Assembly (NCBI RefSeq): GCF_947568905.1
Contig: NC_079172.1
Coordinates: 50,530,001-50,594,000 of the forward strand
Direction: 5' to 3'
DNA: 64,000 nt
Origin: Ostrea edulis
Lineage: Eukaryota
The notes beneath the pieces were generated by a model that was not told the DNA's origin, made no database searches, and was given only the letters and a program-made list of their open reading frames with translations. Positions 20,831 through 32,620 of the stretch are shown one piece after another. The stretch's first letter is position 1. Each line of letters opens with the position of its first letter. The position numbers and the translations under genes were made by a program.

Positions 20831-22621
20831 GAATATTCGAAGTTGGAATATTAGGTATGCTTGTTGGAAGATGATATTTCTTAAAAATTTGCCCTTTGAG
20901 TCTAACAAGAAATTTTAGTGCTCCCCATCCCTTTTTTCCTTGCTTCTTGGTGCACTTTTTCGAAAAATGCCTTTCTTTCGTCCGTCTGGGCATACATTGT
21001 GAAATATAATCAAAGTTAAAACTGTGCGGAAGGTCGATCTTACACTGATACGATAGTGTCTACTCTTGGACCAAGAATGAAACAGGTCTTGACAGCCTGA
21101 GACTTTACAAGCTTTGAAAAAGTTGTTACACGTCATGACCTATGTCACATTGGGGGTGTTACGTCACTAATAAATAGTACTTCACACATTGTCGGGTTTA
21201 CCTTTACCATAAAAACTGTGATGATAAAAAAGTCAACAATTCATCATATTAGCTTTACAAAAAGATTTTAAATATATACAAACGTTGAACTCGCATTAGG
21301 GCAGTTGGGCATAGACATTTTTGTATCAAGACGAAGTTTCTATGAACAAGCTATCTAATGAATTATTAGACCTTGAAAGTTTGTCAAGGTCACACATATT
21401 AGATACCTTTTGATCAGTCGTCCCTTGCGAGATTTTTTCACTCGTATGAGTCGTCAACAAATACCGGTACAGGACTTTAAACGACACTAGTGCCGGGCAC
21501 TTGGCAAAGGAACAGTCACTACATTTCATAGGTTTGACGCCAGATGCGGAGCTGGGAACGAGAACCGAACCATTACCTCATGATTACGACCTTTTGGATG
21601 ATGCCCTAAGAAATGTTAAGTCATTAAGTGCTTTTCATAATATTTTTTTTTTATTTAAGCTAAAGGACAGTCACACTGACTGACTCTGAGTCTCATCGAA
21701 TTAAATGAACTTTCTGCTTAAAAATAATTATACATTACACTATATGTGAATTTTACTATGTGATTTTTTTTTGGGGGGGGGGATATTGGGGGGGGGGCAC
21801 CCCCCCTCCCCCGTGCCCCCCGGTTCCTACGGCCATGCCGACTACTGCACCGAAGTTGAGGGATTTCCTTTACTTTAGCAAATACTTTAAGTATTAAATT
21901 ACGTAGCAGATTTAAATTATCTAGATAGTACAAGAAAGGGAATTTTAGAGAACTAAAGTATAGTAAATTTATTGAGTACTTAGAAATTCAATATTAATTC
22001 TTGACGTGAATTTTGATAGTCGGTGCACTCGGGGTTCTGTCCCTGGGAGACACGCAAGGTCTCTCCTAGTTAGTTAAGATTTATAGTTTATAGTTAGTAT
22101 TGAAGTTATTGTTATTTCAACGGATCTAGTTGGATCTAATAAATTAGAAAACTTAGATAATTTTATAGTTAGGTGCAAAGTTGCACCGTCACCGCACATT
22201 TCAGGTGCGTTGAATTTAGAATTGATTAATTATATCTTCTGTATGAATGTATGCTGGGTAGCGGTAGATTTGCATGACATGCGTATGCTATATATCCCCA
22301 TTTCATTGAATATATAGTCTATGACGGTGTTATAGATTTAGGGTGGTGGACTTTAGTATATTACGCACGGAGTAGTTTTAGAGTCGGTGCACAAGCACCT
22401 TGCACCGAGTTACTTAGATATCGTACTTAGTTTAACAATGTTCTATATGCATGGTATGCTAGAGATGTGGGGGGTGGGGGGTGGGGGTGGTGGATTTTAC
22501 GTATAATTAGTTCAGGATGTAATCCTGATCATAGAATCGGAGATCCAGACTTTGCCATTATAATCTAGGAGTATACTAGACTAGTCGTAGTGTTCGAGAA
22601 CGACTATACCTGTAGCACCTA

Positions 22622-22700
22622 ACACCGGACACCTAGTTACACCGGACACCTAGTAGCACCGGACACCTAGTATCACCGGGCACCGATCAACACCGGATTC
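22622..22700. repeat. Short tandem repeat with core CACCGGACACCTAGT, ~5 copies
   Basis: Directly visible. Confidence 0.8.
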
Positions 22701-23751
22701 CCATCAGTGTTTTATTACTAAGACATTTTAGCCGAGCAATTGAACTGTGACTGTACTTGTGTTTTTTATACTATCAATAAATTATTGTATTAACTACTAT
22801 ACATTTTCTTCATTGATATACATAGGTACCTTCGAACCCTATTATTGTAACGAGCCTCATAGGTACTGGGTAGATACCTTATTGGTGTCATACCATAGAT
22901 TATATAATATACAACCAACAGTCGTTACACTCTTTATCGAGATTTTCCCTTTATATCTACAATAATTATTCCCAATATCATAATTGTTCTGTGTATGATC
23001 TAGGCCTAGACAGACGGTTAGAATATCTATCGTAATTGTAAAGCAGGAGACCTGGTTCAATTCCAGGAACACCAATATATATTTCTCTCTCTCTAGTGTC
23101 GCTTCTAAAAATGATGGTTTTATGACAAAAGCTATTGTTTTACATGATTATCCAATATTTGATATTTCCAAATAAGCGCCACCACTGCAGCCTTATATCA
23201 CGACTTTGCCATTATAATCTAGGAGTATACTAGTATACTAGACTAGTCGTAGTGTTCGAGAACGACTATACCTGTAATATAGCATATGTGTTAGATAAAA
23301 ACCTTTGACAGAGATATCATATCCAGTATCGCCCCATAACTGACTTGAACTTCGTAATAGCTCATATAACAAGTTTGGGGAAGAAGTATTTTTAAGTCAG
23401 CTATGGCGCAAAGCGTGATATGCTAATATTTGCTAGGTACCAGTGACCCTCGGGATCTTTGTGTTCACAGGCTGAACGGAGTAGCTCTCTCTCGTTCAAC
23501 CTGTATAAATGAAAGGCCAAAGACAAAGTTCTGTTCAGCTGCTCTTTTTTATTAAAGAAACAGTTCACCATTATAATTATTGATTACAATCCAACAATAA
23601 TAATTACAAACATTATTATAAAAGTTCACACAAAAATTAACGAAGCCATCTGAAAAATTGAAAAGTTATTTCAGAAATGCGCAAGTATACTCAATATCTT
23701 ATCTGTATAAATGAAAGACCAAAGACAAAGTTCTGTTCAGCTACTGAAGAA

Positions 23752-23773
23752 CACACACACACACACACACACA

Positions 23774-23810
<37 letters not shown>
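23752..23810. repeat. Compound (CA)n(CT)n microsatellite
   Basis: Directly visible. Confidence 0.92.
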
Positions 23811-23814
<4 letters not shown>

Positions 23815-25211
23815 CCTTGCATTTATACCCCCGTACATCCTCCAAAATTCCTTACCATATTTGTTATATCTTAATGATCTGTAATATTGACATTGGCTTT
23901 TAATTCAAACTCAAAGCCAACACAATTATTTCCTTAAAAAATCTATAATTTAGCATTGCATACTCAACTTCACTTCTAAGGTTTTGCATAATTTTTTAAA
24001 AAAAAATGTGAATAATATATACAAATGCTTGACCTCTGTTGACTTGCACTCCGATTGGTTACGTTTCCTCTGGACAAAATCGATTTCACCCTCATGATCT
24101 TGTAAACAAGCTATAAACATGCATACTAATAATCTCCGTCACCTCACCTCACGGTGAAAAGTTCAGACATTTTTGTTCTGCATCTTACTGTTGTTTTTGT
24201 CCCACATTGTTTTGCCAATTCATTACTCCATTCATTACTCTTCTCCCCTATTTCATAATTCTATCATCTATTTTATACATCGTAATTTTCGTTATGATAG
24301 AACTAAGAAAAACTTGTGAAAGATTGACAATTTCTACTGTTATATCACTGGAAATTTATCTGTTTATATACTTCAAACTCACTACATCATCCTATTGTAC
24401 ATATTCCTGGATGATCGCTATATTCACATAATTTATTGTACATTGTATATACATGTATACAAAGAGATGTGATTTTGTTGCCATTATCGGTTAAGAGCAT
24501 TGCACATGTAGAGTTTGCATGACGCAACAAATTTTTTTTTTTGTATAATACATGTATATTATTCGATGCTTTTTGAATATTTTATTTTGTCAAGTTTTTA
24601 ATTTTAGTTGTATAACAGGGGAGATCACGTTATCATATTCAGGGATTTTTATAGAAGTAACGTGTGCTGTCAGTATTGTCTAGATCTCCCCTTATCTTGT
24701 TTTTGTTATTTTATAGAATGATAATATTTGTTTATTGTCATCTAATAAATGACAATATCTCACACAATAACGGTGTTATGTTATGTTGTTGTTCCATCAT
24801 TATATGGAACTTTGCCAAAGCACCAATATTACATCAAAATATTTCATATTTTAATAACCACAGTACTGATGTCGTATTTTGACAATTGCAGTCGGTGAGT
24901 GAAAAAAGATGGATATGTTTTCAATGGTTTAAATAATTTAGTTTTACAAACTACACACATTTAAATCAATTCTTACTATATTTTTGCATTCTCAGATATT
25001 CCTTAAAGTAACCCTCTTAAGCATTTCAAAATATATGCATTTACATTGTTGTGACTATGCAATATTGTTGGTAACGAAGTGCATTACCTGAGATCCAGAG
25101 GGGAGGATTTCTTTTCACTTTCTGTGACCTGTTGTAACTGAAAGCTAAGTAGAATTGTCAAATGAAAACTAAAAGGTTACTCCGCCCTCTAAGGTTAAAT
25201 CACGATTGCTT

Positions 25212-25261
25212 CCAATGAGTACGCGTCTTAATTGTGACGTTTTCAATTCTAGCTTATATAA
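25212..25261 (+). promoter_or_regulatory. Core promoter of the secreted-peptide gene (CCAAT, TGACGT, TATATAA)
   Basis: CCAAT 25212-25216, TGACGT 25235-25240 and TATATAA 25255-25261, ~60 bp upstream of the ATG. Confidence 0.6.
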
Positions 25262-25319
25262 GAAGCACCCCGGCAAACAACGCGTAACAGATTGTCCGTA
25301 GACTAATCATCGAGACAAG

Positions 25320-25376
25320 ATGAAGTTCTCAGTCTGTCTTCTTGTGGCTCTCTTCGGACTTGCCTGTACATCTACA
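25320..25376 (+). CDS. Exon 1 of a small secreted protein (signal peptide MKFSVCLLVALFGLACTST)
   Basis: Basic residue, hydrophobic core and small residues, followed by a consensus donor ACA|GTAAGT (phase 0). Confidence 0.75.
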
Positions 25377-26269
25377 GTAAGTTCATCATTTAATTACAAC
25401 CTCGAAATATTATGATGTTTATAGTAATTTTCTATTTAAAATTGATCTTTATGAAATAATCAAATTTATGACAAATGGGATGACTTCAGCTTCTCTACTG
25501 TCAACTTCCAATATTTATGTAGCAATATTCCATTATTACGTGGATATGGTGTTGATGTCTGTTAACAGATGCGATACATACCATTAGAATATACACATAG
25601 CTGATTGCCTTTTCTAAAGATTGATATGATAATGAGATACCAACATTTTAGGTGTGTAGCCCTGACTCATTCACACATTGTACAGAAACACGCATTTCGT
25701 TCAAGTTTTCATTTAAAACGTGATATTCAAGGGAGCCTTCCAGCAAATTGCTTACGCAATAGATTTCCTTTAGCATTATGTATGTAATACGACGGAATAT
25801 TAAGATGGTTAAACTTCTCTGAATACAATATTTTTATGTTTAATCTATATCTCATTTAATATTGACAGCCAAAATTTTGACCTTCTGAATGCAAGAATAA
25901 AAGCAATATTCAACCCTTAAATCTGCGTGATGTAGTCAAAGACTCGAGTCTTTTTATGTTTACAAACAAACCAGTGGAATGTTAAGTTTGTAATTTAATG
26001 CATCTTACTTTTGCACAGTCAAAAATGTTACCTAAAGTATCTTAAAATATGGTAGATATAACAAACTTATATCGATATCCATTTCTTTTGGAAACTTCAT
26101 AAACAATAACATACCGCAATATTTGTTTACAAAACAAATAATAAATTCTCTAAACGGAGTTTCTATGATAATATATAACCTTAATTTTTAATAAAACGTA
26201 TTAAACATATCAGACAGTAGATTTTGACAAAGTCAAAAACAAAATTTGGGAGGGTGAATCGTGAATCAG

Positions 26270-26450
26270 TCCCTTTGAAAGATCTGAGGGAAAGATGAAG
26301 ATTACAAACAGTGATCAATCTCACAACTCCTATAACTAAAACAAAATAGAGAGTTGGGCAAACACGGACCCCTGGACACACCAGAGGTGGGATCAGGTGC
26401 TTAGGAGGAGTAAGCATCCCCTGTCGACCAGTCACACCCGCCGTGCATAT
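26270..26450 (+). mobile_element. Dispersed repeat fragment, probably Penelope-like terminal repeat
   Basis: GAAGATxACxAACAGTGATCAATCTCAxAACTCCTATA...GGAGGAGTAAGCATCCCCTG; recurs reverse-complemented at 26690-27033 and 30075-30220, and in part at 44860-45290. Confidence 0.6.
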
Positions 26451-26689
26451 AATACAAATGCCCAGCTACTTTAGAAATTGAAGGAAATTTGAATTTTAAA
26501 GACATTTACCTCAAAATATACTGTATAAATACCTGACTACCTTAAGCGTGATATCTGAAAATTGATTGCATACTGAAATATCAGAATGACTCATTGCCAT
26601 TTATAAAACCCAGACTTAATTATTTATAAAATGCAAAGGCGGAAGTACTTGATATTTTCAACAAAAACTTAAAATTAAGTGTACTTTCC

Positions 26690-27033
26690 GTCATGAGATT
26701 GATCACTGTTCGTTATCTTCACCTTTATAGGAGTTATGAGATTGATCACTGTTTGTTATCTTCACCTTTATAGGCAATCTGATTAAAATCAGATCCTCGA
26801 TCCGCTCCTTTATTTCTTTTGATTTGTCGCTACTAAGCGACAAATCAAAAGAAATAAAGGAGCGGATCGAGGATCTGATTTTAATCAGATTGCTTTATAG
26901 GAGTTATGAGATTGATCACTGTTCGTTATCTTCCTTCACCTTTATAGGAGTCATGAAATTGATCACTGCTCGTTATCTTCACCTATATAGGAGTTATGAG
27001 ATTGATCATTGTTTGTTATCTTCACCTTTCAGG
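26690..27033 (-). repeat. Tandem ~43-bp units of the same terminal repeat, interrupted by a 120-bp palindrome
   Basis: TATAGGAGTTATGAGATTGATCACTGTTCGTTATCTTCACC repeated about 5 times. Confidence 0.75.
26774..26893. mobile_element. Perfect 120-bp palindromic (foldback) mini-element
   Basis: 58-bp arms (26774-26831, 26836-26893) are exact reverse complements with a 4-nt loop; TTTATAG flanks both sides. Confidence 0.88.
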
Positions 27034-27229
27034 TATAAGTAACTGATTTTCTTAAGCGTGGTATCTGAGAGCTAATTGCATTTTCAATTATCAAAATCAC
27101 TTCATATCATTTCTATAACCCGGAATTAATCATAAATAAAATGAAAACATGTAGCTACTTAAGGTTTGCAAGAAACACTTGAGAGATAATTGAATTCAAA
27201 CCCAGTCACTTAGTTGTTTCTCGAAGTTA

Positions 27230-28050
27230 GCTATCAGTAGTTAAAGTCTTTATTCAATTTAGTACATCTAGCTAACTATCAGTAGCTAACATTTTACACT
27301 TTTTAAAAGTACATATAGCTGGCTATAAGTAGCTAACATTTTACACTTTAAGAACATGCAGCTGACAGTTAGTAGCTAACATTTTACACTTTAAGTACAT
27401 ATAGCTGGCTATTAGTAGCTAACATTTTATACCTTAAGAACATGCAGCTGACAATTAGTAGCTAACTTTTTACTTTTACACTTTAAGTACATATAACTGG
27501 CAATTAGTAGCTAACCTTTTACACTTTAAGTACTTGTAGCTGGCAATTAGTAGCTAACTTTCACAATTTAAGTACATATAGCTGGCTATTAGTAGCTAAC
27601 ATATTACACTTTAAGAACATGCAGCTGGCAATTCTTAGCTAGCCTTTTACACTTTAAGAACATGCAACTGACAATTAGTAGCTAACATTTTACACTTTAA
27701 GAACATGCAGCTGGCAATTAGTAGCTAACTTTTTACACTTTAAATACATGTAGCTGGCTATTAGTAGCTAACATTTTACACTTTAAGTACTTGTAGCTGA
27801 CAATTAGTAGCTAACTTTTTACACTTTAAATACATGTAGCTGGCTATTAGTAGCTAACATTTTACACTTTAAGTACTTGTAGCTGACAATTAGTAGCTAA
27901 CTTTTTACACTTTAAATACATGTAGCTGGCTATTAGTAGCTAACATTTTACACTTTAAGTACTTGTAGCTGACAATTAGTAGCTAACTTTTTACACTTTA
28001 AATACATGTAGCTGGCTATTTTACACTTTAATTATATGTAGCTAGTTGCT
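27230..28050. repeat. 43-bp minisatellite (~18 copies) with an 86-bp higher-order dimer in its right part
   Basis: TTAGTAGCTAAC(A/T)TTTTACACTTTAA(A/G)TAC(A/T)TGTAGCTG(G/A)C(T/A)A units. Confidence 0.92.
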
Positions 28051-28907
28051 GGTATGTGATTTCAAGTAGCTTACTTTTCCCATTTCGAGTAGCAAACTAA
28101 CAGTAGTCAGTCAGTTACTAGTACTTGGTTACTTGTAGCTAGCTTTATGTGTACTTGCACGAGTTAACTATCGAATGTTAAACAGTACTTTACGTTATGT
28201 TTTAATGAATATTATTACATGCATTAAGGTAACTCCATACTCGCAGTTTTATCTGATACAAGTTTAAAATGTGTATTTATTTCCATTCATTAGAGTTAAA
28301 ACTAACAAATTATCAAATAGAATATATAGGTCATCACACTTTTTAAGATGTGAGACGTACATAAACAGAATCATATATCACCATCAGAAAATTGCAATTT
28401 CCCTTAAACAGCGTTATTAAAATTCCATACAAACTGGTTATAACGATATAGTAGCATTCATAACAATTTCATGAAACTGTATCTTCACAAAAAGATATAA
28501 AATTTCTGTAAAAACTAAAGGAAATCATCGCATAATGGACTTGATAAAGAAATCAATAGAAACAGAGTTATTGCCCTTGGATTCAATATTTTGAAACTAT
28601 CATTGATTATTCATCTCTAACTTACACTTTTGAAATATTTTATTTTTAACAAGATTTTTTACAATAGCTATAGGAAAAGACTCCAACAAAATTTATGTTC
28701 CTATCATGCATAAATCTAAATAAATCATTGATTTTGCAAAATCTGATGACATCACAGGAGGGTGGAGTTACTTTAAGTACCAGAGTACATGTATCAAATT
28801 CTGCTTATCCTCATTTCGAATTTTTGATGTAGGTAATTTTTGTTAAGTATCATTACCACTAATGTGTTCACTGACATGTGTGAAAGTTTTCTTATTATTC
28901 ATTTCAG

Positions 28908-29129
28908 GTAAGGGAAGAAAAGTTGCTTGAGAAACTCAAAGACGAAATGCAGAAAGCGGAAACGGGTGCAATAGAAAAGTGGTTGAATGGAGGTGGCAAA
29001 ATTGAGATGATTGAAAACTACATAAATCATCGTAGTTTACCCTTGCAAGAAGAATTTAAAGACGATGGAGATCAAGATAGGGAACGGAAACAACGACCAA
29101 AGCAAAAGCGACTAAGGCAATCTGGTTAA
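28908..29129 (+). CDS. Exon 2 of the small secreted protein (73 aa, VREEKLL...KRLRQSG*)
   Basis: Acceptor CTTATTATTCATTTCAG; phase 0 gives an open frame matching ORF 28923..29129; purine-rich coding-like composition; AATAAA at 29477. Confidence 0.62.
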   Translation, partial: VREEKLLEKLKDEMQKAETGAIEKWLNGGGKIEMIENYINHRSLPLQEEFKDDGDQDRERKQRPKQKRLRQSG

Positions 29130-30074
29130 CACGATAAAATGAAAGATGAGATACAAGCATGTATGATCAAGATGAAGCAGTTTCTACGCATTTCAAAATA
29201 TATATCTCCGATATCATTGACAATTATTTTTTTTGTATCTTCAATATTTTTATGCAATTCTATAAATGAATATTGCTGCGTAGTCCAAATACTATTCCTA
29301 TATACCTATCATAGTCCCTTTATCTCATGTACACCTTATATGCCGTGTAATATATCATAATATGATTTTGTCTTGTGCCATATTCATGCATTCAAATCAC
29401 TGATTGTATTTTGAATATTATTGTTTCTATGATATAATCTATGATATGTGCCTTTGCCAGTAATTGTTATTGTGCAAATAAATCATTGTCATTGTATAGT
29501 AGATTTGTTTATTGACACAAATAATCTAGTTTTAAGCCTCTGGAAGTGGATTATATTCTATTTGGGAACGTACAGATGTAAATAAGTGACCTGTTAATGA
29601 TTTGAATAGAACTCTCTAGAATTAAGTTTTCGTCTCAATTGTATGGTAAAAAGCACTCTGCAGAAAGGCATTGTGCGTTACATTCCTGGGGGATAGGACT
29701 TAATGACCAATTTCAACGAAGCTATTAATAATTTTCACTAGTGTAAATTCAGCTCTACTGTGAACAAACAATAAACCCTGCTTTCTGAACTTTGATTACC
29801 GTAATTTAGTATTTTTGTATTCTACTGTAAAGTAATGGAAATAAATTGGTAGATCTTTAAATTGTGTCGTTGATTTTTTAGTGAACTTGGGTTATTTTGA
29901 CCTATGATAATTTTGACATTGTGTCTGGCTATGTCCTTGTGTGCCTACTCTGACAGAAAACAGTTTGTTTTGTTTATACCTCGTTTTTGTTCCACCAGAA
30001 AGTGTGTTTGTTTCAAGAGAGACGTCACAAGATGTAGGTGGCGTGCCACAAATGTTGATTTCACGGCGGTGTGT

Positions 30075-30220
30075 CCAGTCGAGAGGGGATGTTTACTCCT
30101 CTTAGACACCTGATCCCACCTCTGGTATATCTATAGGGGTCCGTGTTCGCCCAACTCTTAAATTTATATTCCTTATAGGAGTTATGAGATTGATCACTGT
30201 TCGTTATTTTCACCATTCAT
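30075..30220 (-). mobile_element. Penelope-like terminal repeat fragment
   Basis: Reverse complement of the 26270-26450 repeat. Confidence 0.6.
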
Positions 30221-30671
30221 GCATGGCTCTTGCAGCCGCAGCAGTGATGTACTTCATGTGAAACAATATATCAAAAAATGTAATAAATTGATTCTTAAAG
30301 TACAGAGATAACTTTTCTCTTTACAAATTGTACATATAAGTTGGTACATATATAATTAGCTTTAAAAAAACCTGACTAAGTCAACCAGGGCGCGCTAGAT
30401 TTGCATTATTAAATTTGCTGACTTATAAAATTGCTTGAATTAAACAGAATTTTGGCATGTGGCCTTCACCTTTGAATAAATGACCTTCAAATTTAAAGCC
30501 GTCTTCCTTTATATATCAGATAAACATACTCAAAATATAAATGTAATGTGTTGAAACTTAATTTGAATATTCATGAAATGTTTATATGAATTAACATTTT
30601 GACCTTGACTTTTGAAAAATTGACCTAAAATGCCTTTCTCTATCCGAAAAATTGCCTGCATTTGAAGTATG

Positions 30672-30942
30672 GATTGATTGATTGAATATTGTTTAACGTC
30701 CCGCTCAAGAATATTTCACTCATATGGAGACGTCACCACTGCCGGTGAAGGGCTACAAAATTTAGGCCTATGCTCGGAGCCCATGGCCATTGAGCAGGAA
30801 GGGATCTTTATCGTGCCACACCTGTTGTGACACGGGACCTCGGTTTTTGCAGTCTCATCCGAAAGACCGCCCCATTTAGTCGCCTCTTACGACAACCAAG
30901 GGGGTACTGCTCGGGACCTATTCTAACCCGGATCCCCACGGG
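30672..30942 (-). mobile_element. SINE-like retroposon with (AATC)n tail
   Basis: Near-identical inverted copy at 35242-35433; 12-bp flanking duplication TTGAAGTATGGA (30662, 30945). Confidence 0.82.
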
Positions 30943-31289
30943 ACTTGAAGTATGGAAGTTCTGCATCAAGAATTACTCAAGATTTCGTGGAAGGGAAATA
31001 TACACTATCATTGGATTACATGTTTTGGTAAAGGCACCCTTGCTGATTATAACCATGTATTCAGTTTGTCTGCTAGATGCTCAGGAGTAGAGAGATTGTA
31101 TCAATATTTAAAGTTTTTACCCAAAATTCATGGCCCCTGGATTTTGGGATCATTCCCCACTTCGTCCATGTACAAAGTTAGTATAGAGTTTTCCCTTGGG
31201 TGGAAAAACCGCCCTGGTATAGAATCCCCTCCCCCCTCCTGTTTCCGGATTTCATTGTTAGATTGCCGTTAGCATCTATTTTCAATAGA

Positions 31290-31460
31290 ATAACTGCGTG
31301 TTGTCTTTTATTTCGAGTTCACTGGGATATATCGAATCGACATATGAATGATAATGATCATTGTTGATAGATAAAACGTCGTCGATACACGTACACATCA
31401 AGATATATTTTCTTCTCCTGTAGAAGCTTTTGAATAAATATAGAATGAAGCAAACCCATG
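31290..31460 (-). pseudogene. Penelope-like reverse transcriptase fragment
   Basis: IDDVLSINNDHYHSYVDSIYPSELEIKD matches the motif following YIDD in Penelope-type RTs. Confidence 0.75.
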
Positions 31461-32391
31461 CAACTGTAGATAACAATCAATGAAATTTGTTTTTATTGCT
31501 ATAAAGAAGTACATGTTATTTTAAAAAGTTACAAAAAAGAAACATATATATGTGCTGTTAAATTGTTATAGTTTAATTGAATATATATGCGCTCATTAAT
31601 ATTACTATATTCATATAATAAAGGAATATTTTTTTGAGATGTTGAAGTTGGGTTTACACGTTGAAAACTTTGAATTGCATATAATATAGTAAATACAATA
31701 TGCTTCCCAAACGACTTTAACGATGGTCAATATCATTAGGATTTTTCGTAAAAAGTCGACCAAAAGATATACAATTAAAATATGTGGAAAGTAAAATAGA
31801 TGTACTGAATAGATAAAAGTAATTTGATTTTCCCATTTATTTAAATTCTAAATTAAATACCATTAACTTCTTCACAGCTTGACTATTTCAAATGTTAGAC
31901 TAGTACATAACGGGGAAGACTTGAGATATCTGAATGAATTTTGATCTACCATTTGAATAATTTCCTTTTAAAAAAGAAACATAAGATGATGATTGTGATA
32001 CACAAGACCCTGCTTAAAATATAAAAAAAAATAAGAAGAATTCCTGGGTCTACTTGAAAAGGATACATAGCTAAAATGTAAGAAGGGGGGGGGGGGCGTA
32101 CTGTCATTTAGAGGGAAATTCTATACTGGGGTGGTTTTTCCTAGGGGAGGATTGGGCCCGGGTTAATTCTTCCTAGGAGGAAATTCTATGCCAGGCCCAT
32201 CTTTCCGGGGGGAATGTCTATCCCGGGCCCATCTTTCCGGGGGGGGGGGGGGGTCTATGCTACAACACCGGAAAAAACAAAAACCAACCAAGATTTCAAC
32301 AGAAAGATTACATAAGGTACGGATTCAAAATACACGTATATGTCATTGTCCAGGCAAGGATCTAGAAAATGTTAGGGAGGGGGGGTTAAAA

Positions 32392-32620
32392 TAGGGTGTC
32401 TGGGTAGCGCTTCTCACCGCCGCAACTTGAGTTCGATCCCCGTGATCGGCAGTGGTTGTATGTGAAATGGTATGGCGGTCGCCCGCTAGGACACGTGGGT
32501 TTCTTCCGGGTACTCCGGTTTCCTCCCACATAAATAACCCCCTAGCGCAAACATCCGTGCATCAAAGGACCCCTTTGGAAATAAGCTTTCGAGCTTTCAT
32601 GGGTTTTCCTTGGTATGTAT
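32392..32620 (+). mobile_element. tRNA-derived SINE with V-domain-like core
   Basis: B-box-like GAGTTCGATCC followed by GTGGGTTTCTTCCGGGTACTCCGGTTTCCTCCCAC. Confidence 0.7.

Larger units (their letters stand above)
17556..21837 (-). mobile_element. hAT transposon with 5-bp TSD (hAT5-like), full length, decayed
   Basis: TIRs CAGGCCCGTAGGAAGC / GGTTCCTACGGCCATG; CCGAC duplicated at 17551-17555 and 21838-21842; subterminal G/C runs; transposase remnants inside. Confidence 0.9.

Noticed and set aside
23040-23076. tRNA gene
   Set aside because: Only a T-arm-like segment and CCA are present; no D-arm, anticodon arm or matching acceptor stem was found.
25098-25113. NF-kB site upstream of the secreted-peptide gene
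   Set aside because: GGGAGGATTTT does not fit GGGRNNYYCC, so it is not used as evidence of immune function.
27230-28050. CRISPR-like array
   Set aside because: Head-to-tail monomers with no unique spacers, no cas genes, and a eukaryotic context.
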